Shown piece after piece: positions 18,480-25,463 of a stretch of DNA of 42,242 nucleotides. Position numbers and translations under genes: made by a program. Numbering within the stretch: position 1 is the stretch's first letter; the number at the start of each line of letters is the position of its first letter. The notes under the pieces were generated by a model. That model searched no databases. It saw nothing but the letters and a program-made list of their open reading frames with translations, and was not told the origin of the DNA. The DNA comes from a virus, in IMG/VR virus record IMGVR_UViG_3300004097_000002. One strand, 5' to 3'.

Positions 18480-18945
18480 CTAATAGTTCCCGTTGTTGTG
18501 TTGCTGCTGCTGCTTCCCATTCCGCATTTGTTCCGTGCGTTGGTACTTCAATTGCTTTCGGAATAACGACGGTTATGTTTTGATTGTTTTGCGGCTTTTC
18601 GATAAATCCGCGAACGTCGGCGTATAGCTTTGCAAGCTTCGAATATTCATCCGGAGAAGGTGCGATTTGACGGCCTTCGCTTGTCGTAACACCTTTCATT
18701 TTTTCCCAAATGTCACGCGCAAGTTCTGCTTTTGTTGGTAGAAAGTCGAGTTCGTCGGAAGCAGATAAAAGGCTTTTTTGAAATTCTTTTACAACAGGGT
18801 CGTGCGGCCAATGATTCGCAACCCATAAGGCGCGGTTTGTGTTAGCTGGGAAAAGTAAAATCGCAGCCTTGAACGGGTCGCGTTCTTTTAACAACAAATT
18901 TGCATATTCTGCTTTTTGTTGGTCTTCGTTGTTTTCTTCTATCAT
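18457..18945 (-). CDS. terS: Terminase small subunit candidate
   Basis: 162 aa, overlapping the TerL start by 23 nt. It is the first gene of the packaging module. Confidence 0.55.
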   Translation of the reverse strand: MIEENNEDQQKAEYANLLLKERDPFKAAILLFPANTNRALWVANHWPHDPVVKEFQKSLLSASDELDFLPTKAELARDIWEKMKGVTTSEGRQIAPSPDEYSKLAKLYADVRGFIEKPQNNQNITVVIPKAIEVPTHGTNAEWEAAAATQQRELLDVSRSRH

Positions 18946-18952
18946 GTTAAAA

Positions 18953-18999
18953 AGCCCGTTTGATTTACAGTGTTGTTCGTACTATAAACCATTCGGGCT
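18953..18999 (-). terminator. Large-loop hairpin plus U-run between the lysis and packaging modules (possible terminator)
   Basis: On the minus strand, AGCCCG (18999..18994) pairs with CGGGCU (18958..18953), followed by UUUUAAC. The ~35-nt loop makes this atypical. Confidence 0.3.
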
Positions 19000-19005
19000 A
19001 CTTTG

Positions 19006-19263
19006 TTAAGGTGCGTTTTGCGGTCCGCAGTTTCTAACGATAATCGTGTTGTTGTCGTATATTTGCCGAGCCGTTCCCGCTGTTAAAACGTCGTCTTTTG
19101 AAATCCATATAATGGACGCCCAATTGCAACCCGTATCGATTACGACGGGTTTTGTTTGGATTGCGTCCGATATTGATTGCGCCTGATTAGTCGCGCGACC
19201 ATTCTTCGCGCAACCGCTTACTAATAACATCATCATCAACAACACTATTTTCTTTTTTAACAT
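19006..19263 (-). CDS. o-spanin (outer-membrane lipoprotein)
   Basis: It has a signal peptide plus lipobox (LLVSGC). The start lies inside the i-spanin gene in another frame and the end lies beyond it, which is the overlapped spanin architecture. Confidence 0.8.
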   Translation of the reverse strand: MLKKKIVLLMMMLLVSGCAKNGRATNQAQSISDAIQTKPVVIDTGCNWASIIWISKDDVLTAGTARQIYDNNTIIVRNCGPQNAP

Positions 19264-19501
19264 TCAAAGCCCCTTTTATAACTTCGGTTTGTTTCGTGTT
19301 CGACGCTCGTTCCTCGTTAACAATCCGCGTTGCGATTGCCTCCCGTTCTAATGCTCTGTCGTCCGACGCCTTTGCTTGCGCTTCCGCTGTTCCTACTTTG
19401 CGCGCTGAAATCCAAGCCGCCAAAAGCATAAATAAAAACAACAAACCAGCAGCAAACCAACCGCCAAAGCTTTTTAATTTTAACAGAATGAAAGCCCACA
19501 T
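19187..19501 (-). CDS. i-spanin
   Basis: 104 aa with an N-terminal TM helix followed by a charged coiled-coil periplasmic domain. It lies immediately after the endolysin. Confidence 0.8.
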   Translation of the reverse strand: MWAFILLKLKSFGGWFAAGLLFLFMLLAAWISARKVGTAEAQAKASDDRALEREAIATRIVNEERASNTKQTEVIKGALNVKKENSVVDDDVISKRLREEWSRD

Positions 19502-19503
19502 TA

Positions 19504-20019
19504 TTAAATACCTCGTTCACATAGTTTACGTTCTTCGGCCCTGCGTGTTACCAATCCAGGGAGTTGTTTTCCTTTTGCTGCAACCCATTGAGGCCGACCG
19601 GAATCGCTTTCGTTCATAGCCTTGCAACCTCCTTTAAAATCCAAGGCGTTAAAACGGCGCGCTGTCGTGCTTTTGCAATATGCCGTTGTTCCGATGTTGT
19701 ATGCAAACGAAACAGCCGCAGAAAGCTGGAACGGTCGTCCTTCAAGCGTTGGCGTACATTTCAAGACGGGTTCAGCGTGGGCAATCAATTGCGTTTCTAA
19801 CGATTCCAGGCATTCGACTTCCGAATACTTTTTTCCGACAATAACGTTCGTTGTATCACCCATGCATTTTGTTGGTATTCCTACCGGGTCCAAATAACCG
19901 CGAAGAACATTACCTTCATGTATTGGAACGGTGAAATATAAAATAGAAGCAGCAACCGCGCCAACAATTGCGGTAAGTGTTTTTTTATTCGGAACGGTCT
20001 TCAAGTTTTCGTTTTTCAT
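19504..20019 (-). CDS. SAR endolysin, T4-lysozyme (GH24) family
   Basis: It has an N-terminal weakly hydrophobic Gly/Ala-rich anchor (LTAIVGAVAASILYF). The catalytic spacing is E-x8-D-x5-T, in HEGNVLRGYLDPVGIPT. Confidence 0.85.
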   Translation of the reverse strand: MKNENLKTVPNKKTLTAIVGAVAASILYFTVPIHEGNVLRGYLDPVGIPTKCMGDTTNVIVGKKYSEVECLESLETQLIAHAEPVLKCTPTLEGRPFQLSAAVSFAYNIGTTAYCKSTTARRFNALDFKGGCKAMNESDSGRPQWVAAKGKQLPGLVTRRAEERKLCERGI

Positions 20020-20284
20020 TGGTAACAGCCTTTTGTTTTAAAATTCGGTTTAGTGCTGACATTGCAAACACGAACACCGCCAACGGCTGCAATATTTCTT
20101 CGGGGATTAATAACTTTACTTCATAAGGCATTGCACCCCATAAAAACAACATTGAATCAGGCCATGCCATGACAACAGCACTTAAGAAACTCAAAACGGA
20201 GCTTAAAATAAAGCCCCATTTCAACGACGGGAATTGCCAGCACGCAATAAATTCCTTTTTCACTTCAACACCCGCCTTTTTCAT
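19985..20284 (-). CDS. Holin / pinholin candidate
   Basis: 99 aa with 2-3 predicted TM segments and a charged C-terminus. It lies directly upstream of, and overlaps, the endolysin gene. Confidence 0.65.
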   Translation of the reverse strand: MKKAGVEVKKEFIACWQFPSLKWGFILSSVLSFLSAVVMAWPDSMLFLWGAMPYEVKLLIPEEILQPLAVFVFAMSALNRILKQKAVTNEKRKLEDRSE

Positions 20285-20547
20285 TTGTCCGCTTTCCCGT
20301 CGAGTTTGTCTTCTATCCTGTCAAGCTTCGAGAACAAAGCCGACGACATTCGGTCGACGTCTTCCCGTTTCGCGTATTGACCAGCAACCAAGACTTCAAT
20401 TTTGCCTACCTTGTCGGCTAATTTCGAATCACCTTCTTTGAGGTCGCGCAACGATTGCCACATAATACGCATCAACCAGCCGCCCATTGCACCTATTAAA
20501 CCGATAGAAATTGACATTACAATATTAAAAACTTGTTGGTCGTCCAA
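20281..20547 (-). CDS. Single-TM protein with a coiled-coil tail (holin partner or lysis regulator candidate)
   Basis: 88 aa. The TTG start is 6-7 nt after AAAGGGG. There is one N-terminal TM helix (ISIGLIGAMGGWLMRIMW) and an ATGA overlap with the holin candidate. Confidence 0.5.
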   Translation of the reverse strand: MDDQQVFNIVMSISIGLIGAMGGWLMRIMWQSLRDLKEGDSKLADKVGKIEVLVAGQYAKREDVDRMSSALFSKLDRIEDKLDGKADK

Positions 20548-20601
20548 GTTAGACCCCTTTATTCAATAAATGACATTTTCGCATAATACCCCCATTGTAT
20601 T

Positions 20602-20632
20602 AAAAAGAAAACCCCGCGTTTTACGGCGAGGT
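20602..20632 (-). terminator. Rho-independent terminator after the 212-aa gene
   Basis: The minus strand has CCUCGC-CGUAAAAC-GCGGGG (one G.U pair) followed by UUUUCUUUUU. Confidence 0.7.
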
Positions 20633-20666
20633 TCATTTTATTTAAATAAAGGTGCTTACTTTAAAG

Positions 20667-21305
20667 TTATTTAGTACGCCATACACGCGCGCCTTTTACG
20701 CCGCTTTCTTCAACACTACGAACGATGAATTTGCGAACTTCAATCATTACCGGAACAACTTCGCCGCGCTTGTTTAACTTGGTCGAACCGTCTTCCGCTT
20801 CTACTGAATAACGAGCCGTTGCACTTGATACTGTTGAAGCAAGCGACTTCGATGCATTTGGTTTGTCTTCGCTGTTTGGAACAAAGAAGCTTTGACCTAT
20901 TTCTAGTTGGTCGAACGGATAAACATTACCACCACGACCGCGACCCAATACCGAAGGCATTTCAATACCGCTTTCGATTTTAAAACCACCTGATGCATTT
21001 GAAGTTTCTTTTTCAACTGCTGGTGCTTCTTCTTCAACTTCGTCGTCTGCTGGTTGTTCTTCTGTTGATGTTTGTTCTGCAACTTTGTCAACGCCTGCTT
21101 GTGTTGCACGTGTTGCGATTTCACCAGCTTCATTTGTTAAACCTGGGTTTACTTCAACAAAGCCGTTTTTAACCAATTCGTCGTGCGCTTCTGGTGAAGT
21201 GAATGTTCCGTTTGCGCCAGCGGCAACAATTGCCGTCAATAGTACAAGTTGAGCTTCGAATGCTTTCTTCTTTGCTGCTGCTGTCATTTTTTTAGGTGCT
21301 GCCAT
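20667..21305 (-). CDS. Hypothetical protein: Lys/Ala-rich N-terminus, acidic linker, C-terminal VYPF..G.SF domain (paralogue of 25110..25403)
   Basis: 212 aa with its own promoter and terminator. The C-terminus (VYPFDQLEIGQSFFVP...SSATARYS...RKFIVRSV) aligns with the 97-aa protein. Confidence 0.8.
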   Translation of the reverse strand: MAAPKKMTAAAKKKAFEAQLVLLTAIVAAGANGTFTSPEAHDELVKNGFVEVNPGLTNEAGEIATRATQAGVDKVAEQTSTEEQPADDEVEEEAPAVEKETSNASGGFKIESGIEMPSVLGRGRGGNVYPFDQLEIGQSFFVPNSEDKPNASKSLASTVSSATARYSVEAEDGSTKLNKRGEVVPVMIEVRKFIVRSVEESGVKGARVWRTK

Positions 21306-21352
21306 TTTATTTATTCCTTTGATTAAAACCGCGATATTGCGGTAAGTTTTTT

Positions 21353-21380
21353 ATTTTACGTTAAAGCTTCGGCGTGTCAA
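21353..21380 (-). promoter_or_regulatory. Sigma70-like promoter for 20667..21305
   Basis: The minus strand reads TTGACA (21380..21375), a 16-nt spacer, then TAAAAT (21358..21353). The hairpin ACCGCaatatcGCGGU (21343..21328) lies in the leader. Confidence 0.6.
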
Positions 21381-21384
21381 GCGT

Positions 21385-21594
21385 TCAGTTTATTATTTTA
21401 ATGTATTCTTTTATTTTCTTTTCGGTGCATTGCGTTGCATAGTTTTCGTTGAAATCAGGCCATGTTTTTAATGATACGTTTTTGCAATATCGAAGTTCTG
21501 TCGATGCCGCGTCTTTCTTATCCATTGAACCTAATACGCCGAACAAGACGAAGACAAGTGCGACGATTGACGTTTTTATAATTGTTCGTTTCAT
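21385..21594 (-). CDS. Small secreted or membrane-anchored protein
   Basis: I chose the start at ATG 21594 (MKRTIIKTSIVALVFVLFGVLG), after AAGGGG. 69 aa with an N-terminal hydrophobic segment. Confidence 0.65.
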   Translation of the reverse strand: MKRTIIKTSIVALVFVLFGVLGSMDKKDAASTELRYCKNVSLKTWPDFNENYATQCTEKKIKEYIKIIN

Positions 21595-21595
21595 A

Positions 21596-21976
21596 TCAAC
21601 CCCTTTTCGCTTCGTTGTCAAACTGTGCGGAAATCTTTTCGACGCCTTCTTGTGCCACACGTTGCGCCAATAGGCAACCGTTTTGAAGTCCTATGAAAGC
21701 GGACATTAAATTATAATGCTGTTCGTTTTTTACCGGGATGTCTTCGAACAAATCGATGATTGTTTGAAGTGCCTTGTTTTGCAAAGTTAATTGCTGATAA
21801 AGCATAGGCGCAGCAGCAAGCAACAAAGTCAAACGTTCGTCCGGTGCTGTGCGAGGTCCGAAAGCAACATAACTTTCGCTAACGTCCTGGGTTTGCTTAT
21901 CAAACGCCGTAATACTTCCGTCGCCTAACGGGTCTTTGAAGAAACATATATTTTCAAGTTGGTTATGATTTAACAT
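21596..21976 (-). CDS. Hypothetical protein
   Basis: I chose the start at ATG 21976 (MLNHNQ), after GGGG; the ORF-track start at 21988 is a GTG. 126 aa. Confidence 0.65.
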   Translation of the reverse strand: MLNHNQLENICFFKDPLGDGSITAFDKQTQDVSESYVAFGPRTAPDERLTLLLAAAPMLYQQLTLQNKALQTIIDLFEDIPVKNEQHYNLMSAFIGLQNGCLLAQRVAQEGVEKISAQFDNEAKRG

Positions 21977-22001
21977 TTTACACCCCACATTTAGAATTAA
22001 A

Positions 22002-22022
22002 GGCCCTCTTTTACGAAGGCCC
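22002..22022 (-). terminator. Hairpin after the 41-aa ORF (weak or partial terminator)
   Basis: The minus strand GGGCCUUCGUAAAAGAGGGCC forms a 7-bp stem with one G.U pair, followed by UUUAAUU. Confidence 0.4.
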
Positions 22023-22029
22023 GTTTTAA

Positions 22030-22155
22030 TTAACGACGTTTGATTGATTTGTATTCAGTGAAGCTTCTATTTCTGCGAAGTTCAAGGCGTTTCAAGTAAA
22101 TTGCCAAACCAAGCGCGATTAATCCGATTGTCAAGCTAAATAAGTCAATGTTCAT
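22030..22155 (-). CDS. Unlisted 41-aa hydrophobic peptide (MNIDLFSLTIGLIALGLAIYLKRLELRRNRSFTEYKSIKRR)
   Basis: This ORF is not in the ORF track because it is under 60 aa. GGAG lies 9 nt upstream of the ATG, a consensus promoter lies upstream and a hairpin lies downstream. It has one TM helix and a basic tail. Confidence 0.6.
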   Translation of the reverse strand: MNIDLFSLTIGLIALGLAIYLKRLELRRNRSFTEYKSIKRR

Positions 22156-22187
22156 TTTTTGTTACTCCGTTGTGTTTGTGTGTATTC

Positions 22188-22216
22188 ATTATATATACGA
22201 TGAATAACTACGTCAA
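22188..22216 (-). promoter_or_regulatory. Sigma70-like promoter (TTGACG-17-TATAAT)
   Basis: On the minus strand, the -35 is at 22216..22211 and the -10 at 22193..22188. It shares the extended motif TTGACGTAGTT..T..ATCGTA with the promoter at 27073..27101. Confidence 0.7.
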
Positions 22217-22223
22217 CAACTAT

Positions 22224-22547
22224 TTACGAAATACGTTCAAACTTCAATGATTTTTTCAAAGTTAAATTACTTTGTATTTCCAAACTTCCGCCCGCGCTTT
22301 CAATAACAGAAAAGCCGCCGGATTCGTATTCATATTCATCGTTTTGCATGAAGTAAGCTGCTGAATACAAACGTTCACCCAACAAACGAACGTCGCTGCT
22401 ATTCTCGACAATGTTCGACAAAGGTGTGACCGAAGTCATTTCAATTTCGTTCAAGTCCTTCGACTGTTGAATTATTGCAAACACACAATAACCAACCAGG
22501 AAGCCGAAGCCACCGCAAACAATACCGTTCAATATTAACATTTCCAT
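22224..22547 (-). CDS. Membrane protein, unknown function
   Basis: I chose the start at ATG 22547 (MEMLILNGIVCGGFGFLVGYCVFAII), 6 nt after AAGGGG. 107 aa with an N-terminal TM helix. Confidence 0.65.
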   Translation of the reverse strand: MEMLILNGIVCGGFGFLVGYCVFAIIQQSKDLNEIEMTSVTPLSNIVENSSDVRLLGERLYSAAYFMQNDEYEYESGGFSVIESAGGSLEIQSNLTLKKSLKFERIS

Positions 22548-22561
22548 GATAGACCCCTTGA

Positions 22562-22825
22562 TTAAAATAATTGTGTTTTTGTGTAGCAGAAAGAACCAGG
22601 ACGCGCGCAATACAAAAGTTCAGCAATTGCATCAAGTCCCTTCGGTAAGTCGACGACTTCAACGCCGTCAATTAGATAGACAGGTTCGCTTTCCACTTCG
22701 TCACCTTCGAAGCATTCTGCGAAACGACCGGAATTAAACCCGTCTTGTTTAAAAACTTCGTATTCACATTGAAGAATACGCCCGTCTTGCATTTCAAATT
22801 CAGTTGTTACAATAAAAGCCGTCAT
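22562..22825 (-). CDS. Small acidic protein, first gene behind a consensus promoter
   Basis: 87 aa with roughly 17 Asp/Glu against 6 Lys/Arg. It lies directly downstream of TTGACA-17-TAATAT. Confidence 0.7.
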   Translation of the reverse strand: MTAFIVTTEFEMQDGRILQCEYEVFKQDGFNSGRFAECFEGDEVESEPVYLIDGVEVVDLPKGLDAIAELLYCARPGSFCYTKTQLF

Positions 22826-22854
22826 AATAAAAACCTCGTTGTTGGAATACGTTA

Positions 22855-22883
22855 ATATTACGACGGTTCTTCGATACTGTCAA
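22855..22883 (-). promoter_or_regulatory. Sigma70-like promoter (TTGACA-17-TAATAT)
   Basis: On the minus strand, the -35 is at 22883..22878 and the -10 at 22860..22855. An A/T-rich UP-like tract (TTTAATAAAAAAGG) lies upstream. Confidence 0.7.
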
Positions 22884-23055
22884 ACCTTTTTTATTAAACT
22901 AAGTAAAGTTTTCGGCTTCGTTCGTTTTCCGATAAGTACGTTTGAAAAATCCGACTTTCGATACACTAACCAATACCCGGTGCGAGCTACGACGAAGCAA
23001 CGCTTTGCCCTGGCAAGTGCCTTCGCTTCGTTTACTATTTGACTATCCGTTTTAA

Positions 23056-23286
23056 TCATTTGATTACTTCCTTTTCAAAAACTAAAAACGCCTCGAAGGG
23101 CGCTTGTTTAGATAGACGCATGATTTTCCATACGTCAACCTTTGTTTCGAAAGTTAAGTGCGCGTAATAGCTTTCGCCGTAGTCTTCCGAAAGTTTTTGC
23201 GCAATGCGGTCGCATGACCAGCCCACACTATACAAAAATATCGATTTGACTTTGGCGCGCTTTAGCTCGCAGCTTAAACAGTTCAT
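23056..23286 (-). CDS. Hypothetical protein
   Basis: 76-aa ORF in the tightly coupled early operon, with an ATGA overlap with the upstream gene. Confidence 0.65.
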   Translation of the reverse strand: MNCLSCELKRAKVKSIFLYSVGWSCDRIAQKLSEDYGESYYAHLTFETKVDVWKIMRLSKQAPFEAFLVFEKEVIK

Positions 23287-23525
23287 TTTGCGTTCAATGG
23301 GTCTGTTATTACGACAGTTCCGAACTGATGTCGCTTTTCCGGTGAACCGTCCGGTCCTGCTATGAAATTATTATGCTTGTCTGTTTCGTAAAAAATAACA
23401 ATGCCGTCTTCTTCATCGGCAAGTAAGCAATGTTCAACCTTTCGACCGTCGATTGTAATTACGGCACGAAGACATAAACTTGCTTTTGGTTCCGGTCCTT
23501 CCATATCAGATAATTGTAAACGCAT
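23283..23525 (-). CDS. Hypothetical protein (possibly DUF3297-like)
   Basis: 80 aa. The pattern ITIDGRKVEHCLLADEEDGIVIFY...GTVVI is reminiscent of DUF3297; this comes from memory only. Confidence 0.55.
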   Translation of the reverse strand: MRLQLSDMEGPEPKASLCLRAVITIDGRKVEHCLLADEEDGIVIFYETDKHNNFIAGPDGSPEKRHQFGTVVITDPLNAK

Positions 23526-23528
23526 TTT

Positions 23529-24077
23529 TTAAACTCCATCAAATTCAATATAAGAACGTAATATTAAAACAGCTTCTTCCCAAGAATAACAAATTGCGAA
23601 GCCATATCCAACGCGCTTTACATATTCGCCGAACTTAATTTGTTCGTCCGATGCGCCGCCTTTGCCTTTCGGCGTCTTTGGCTTTTGCGCTGGCTTCTTC
23701 ATTTCGATGTATAACCCAGCATAACGAACAAAACGAAAAGGATTGCCGTTTAAATCCATTGTGTCCCATACAGGCCACGGAAGGAACAAATCAGAAACGC
23801 CAGGCTTGACGCCTTCGGCCTTCAAAGCACCGCCACGAATAGCCCTTGATTGTGCGTTGTCGCCACGGCTGCCACCATTTGCGATTGCGTGCAACCATTC
23901 CAACGCCGGGACCTTCGGCGATTTTAATCCTTCCTCCGTTGGCTTCGGTAGCATTCCGGTATCGCACCAGGCGTTCGCAACTTCGAAGCCGTGAAGGTAA
24001 GCAACGGCCCTATATGCAAATACTGCAACCTGGTGCGCGTGTTCTGTTCCTGATTTAGAAAGCGTATGAGGTGTCAT
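23529..24077 (-). CDS. VRR-NUC domain nuclease (PD-(D/E)xK)
   Basis: 182 aa with GVSDLFL ... YIEMKKP (D ... E-x-K) and the surrounding VRR-NUC-like layout. Confidence 0.7.
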   Translation of the reverse strand: MTPHTLSKSGTEHAHQVAVFAYRAVAYLHGFEVANAWCDTGMLPKPTEEGLKSPKVPALEWLHAIANGGSRGDNAQSRAIRGGALKAEGVKPGVSDLFLPWPVWDTMDLNGNPFRFVRYAGLYIEMKKPAQKPKTPKGKGGASDEQIKFGEYVKRVGYGFAICYSWEEAVLILRSYIEFDGV

Positions 24078-24253
24078 TTTTTAATGTTCCCTATTTTTGA
24101 TTTGTGAATGCATGTTGTGTTTCCATGAGCGCAGCAGCGGTGGCCTTGCTTATCTTGAAATATACTGACCTTGCCGCATATTGCTTTAGGACCTAAAACA
24201 CCGCCCGATAAGCAAATATATTTAATTTCGCGAACCTTAAAGCTTCTGTTCAT
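24074..24253 (-). CDS. Small Cys/His-rich protein (zinc-ribbon-like)
   Basis: I chose the start at ATG 24253 (MNRSFKV), after GGGGG. 59 aa with C..C...HRCCAHGNTTCIH, and an ATGA overlap with the VRR-NUC gene. Confidence 0.55.
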   Translation of the reverse strand: MNRSFKVREIKYICLSGGVLGPKAICGKVSIFQDKQGHRCCAHGNTTCIHKSKIGNIKK

Positions 24254-24266
24254 AAAAACCCCCATT

Positions 24267-24292
24267 GAAAAAGGGCCGTATAATACGACCCC
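24267..24292 (-). terminator. Intra-operon rho-independent terminator or attenuator
   Basis: The minus strand has GGGUCG-UAUUAUA-CGGCCC followed by UUUUUC. Confidence 0.55.
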
Positions 24293-24309
24293 TGATTTGT
24301 TGATTGCGA

Positions 24310-24627
24310 TTAATGCTTTTGGCCGAACAAAGCCGACATCATTTTAACCAATGCTTTTTTCTTTGCGAATTCAATTGCCTTTGTAACCGAAGCAGTTCGT
24401 TTTGCACTTGCGCCTGGTTCGTCACTAAATGCAAGCCTTCCGATTTGGTAAGCTTCTGCAATTTCGTCCGCTTCGATGCCTTCGCCTTCAATACCTTTAA
24501 TTACAATTTCATTCGACTTTATTGCTACTGCGTGAAGCATTGCAATGCGAGATTCTAATTGTTCGCGAACGTCGTTTGACATTTCGATTTCATTTAAAAT
24601 TTTTGTAATTTCACAGTTTACGCACAT
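24310..24627 (-). CDS. Hypothetical protein
   Basis: The ORF-track start at 24636 is a TTG placed too close to AAGG. The ATG at 24627 (MCVNCEIT...) is more plausible. Confidence 0.6.
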   Translation of the reverse strand: MCVNCEITKILNEIEMSNDVREQLESRIAMLHAVAIKSNEIVIKGIEGEGIEADEIAEAYQIGRLAFSDEPGASAKRTASVTKAIEFAKKKALVKMMSALFGQKH

Positions 24628-24649
24628 AATATTCAAACCTTGTTTTAAT

Positions 24650-24667
24650 GTCGGGAAGGTGCCCGAC
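24650..24667 (-). other. Intergenic stem-loop (GUCGGG-N6-CCCGAC) without a U-tract
   Basis: A perfect 6-bp stem between genes 24693..24899 and 24310..24627. It may be an RNA processing or stability element. Confidence 0.4.
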
Positions 24668-24692
24668 TCACATTGCGAACTTTACTACGATG

Positions 24693-24899
24693 TTAATCCA
24701 TTGTCAACGGGTATATATACGAAATACCAACTTCTTTTAACTTCGCCAGTTCTTCGTCTGATAATTCGATTTTAGCTGCGCGTCTTCCCACATTTAACTT
24801 TATAAACGGAAAGCCTGCTTTTTTGCATTCTGCTTCAACGATAGCCAGCTTCGAAGGTTGTACCAGGTAAACTTTTCTAGACTCGTTTAATGCTTCCAT
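24693..24899 (-). CDS. Hypothetical protein
   Basis: 68 aa with GAGG 7 nt upstream of the ATG. It overlaps the upstream gene by about 22 nt. Confidence 0.65.
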   Translation of the reverse strand: MEALNESRKVYLVQPSKLAIVEAECKKAGFPFIKLNVGRRAAKIELSDEELAKLKEVGISYIYPLTMD

Positions 24900-25098
24900 T
24901 TCTAAACCTCAATATATTAATCCGGCATTTAAACAATTTTAAATTTATCCCGGTTTTGTGTTCTTCGTAAATATAACCGTTTCGATATTCGATTGATAAT
25001 ACGTTAACACCGAACAACTTTCGATATTCACTGCGGTAAGTTTCAATTGCCTTCGCAACGTTCTTCGGTACTGGTTGAACTGAACTTTCTTTTTCCAT
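24877..25098 (-). CDS. Hypothetical protein
   Basis: I chose the start at ATG 25098 (MEKESS), after AGGGGG. 73 aa. Confidence 0.6.
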   Translation of the reverse strand: MEKESSVQPVPKNVAKAIETYRSEYRKLFGVNVLSIEYRNGYIYEEHKTGINLKLFKCRINILRFRNGSIKRV

Positions 25099-25109
25099 TG
25101 TGCCCCCTG

Positions 25110-25403
25110 TTAGCAAATGCGCGCGACCTCAACGCATTTATATTCATCATGTACTAATACTTTAAACTTTCTATTTAAACGCCTGGTGAAGTTCGTTGCG
25201 CTGCTTCTAAGGCTTGATAATGTACCAGGCCCAAGTTTATCAAAGCCCACCGTGAACGACTCGCCAACAAGCAAGGATTTGAAAGGGTAAACCGCGTTCG
25301 CTTCGTCCGGCGTTCGTTCCTGCTCATTAAGCAACACGCCTTCGCATAAAGCAAGCGCCTTCGGTGAAGCCGGGTAAATCGGGTAAATGTTTTGTTCGTT
25401 CAT
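25110..25403 (-). CDS. Small VYPF..G.SF domain protein (paralogue of the 20667..21305 C-terminus); DNA-binding is speculative
   Basis: 97 aa, and the first gene after the AT-rich palindromic region. VYPFKSLLVGESFTV...SSATNFTRR..RKFKVLV aligns with the 212-aa protein. Confidence 0.75.
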   Translation of the reverse strand: MNEQNIYPIYPASPKALALCEGVLLNEQERTPDEANAVYPFKSLLVGESFTVGFDKLGPGTLSSLRSSATNFTRRLNRKFKVLVHDEYKCVEVARIC

Positions 25404-25433
25404 AATAAAACCTCAATGAAAATTCAATGCTTA

Positions 25434-25463
25434 ATTGTAGCAACGTTGTTTATAAATAGCTAA
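25434..25463 (-). promoter_or_regulatory. Candidate promoter for the operon starting at 25403 (TTAGCT-18-TACAAT)
   Basis: A promoter is needed here because a strong terminator lies at 25745..25764. The -10 TACAAT is at 25439..25434, the -35 is weak, and the 25445..25478 palindrome overlaps it. Confidence 0.4.

Noticed and set aside
22839-23042. Plus-strand 67-aa ORF in the non-coding spacer
   Set aside because: It has a TTG start without an RBS and runs opposite to every neighbouring gene and promoter. It also overlaps the minus-strand promoter at 22855..22883. I treat the region as non-coding and record it as a finding instead.
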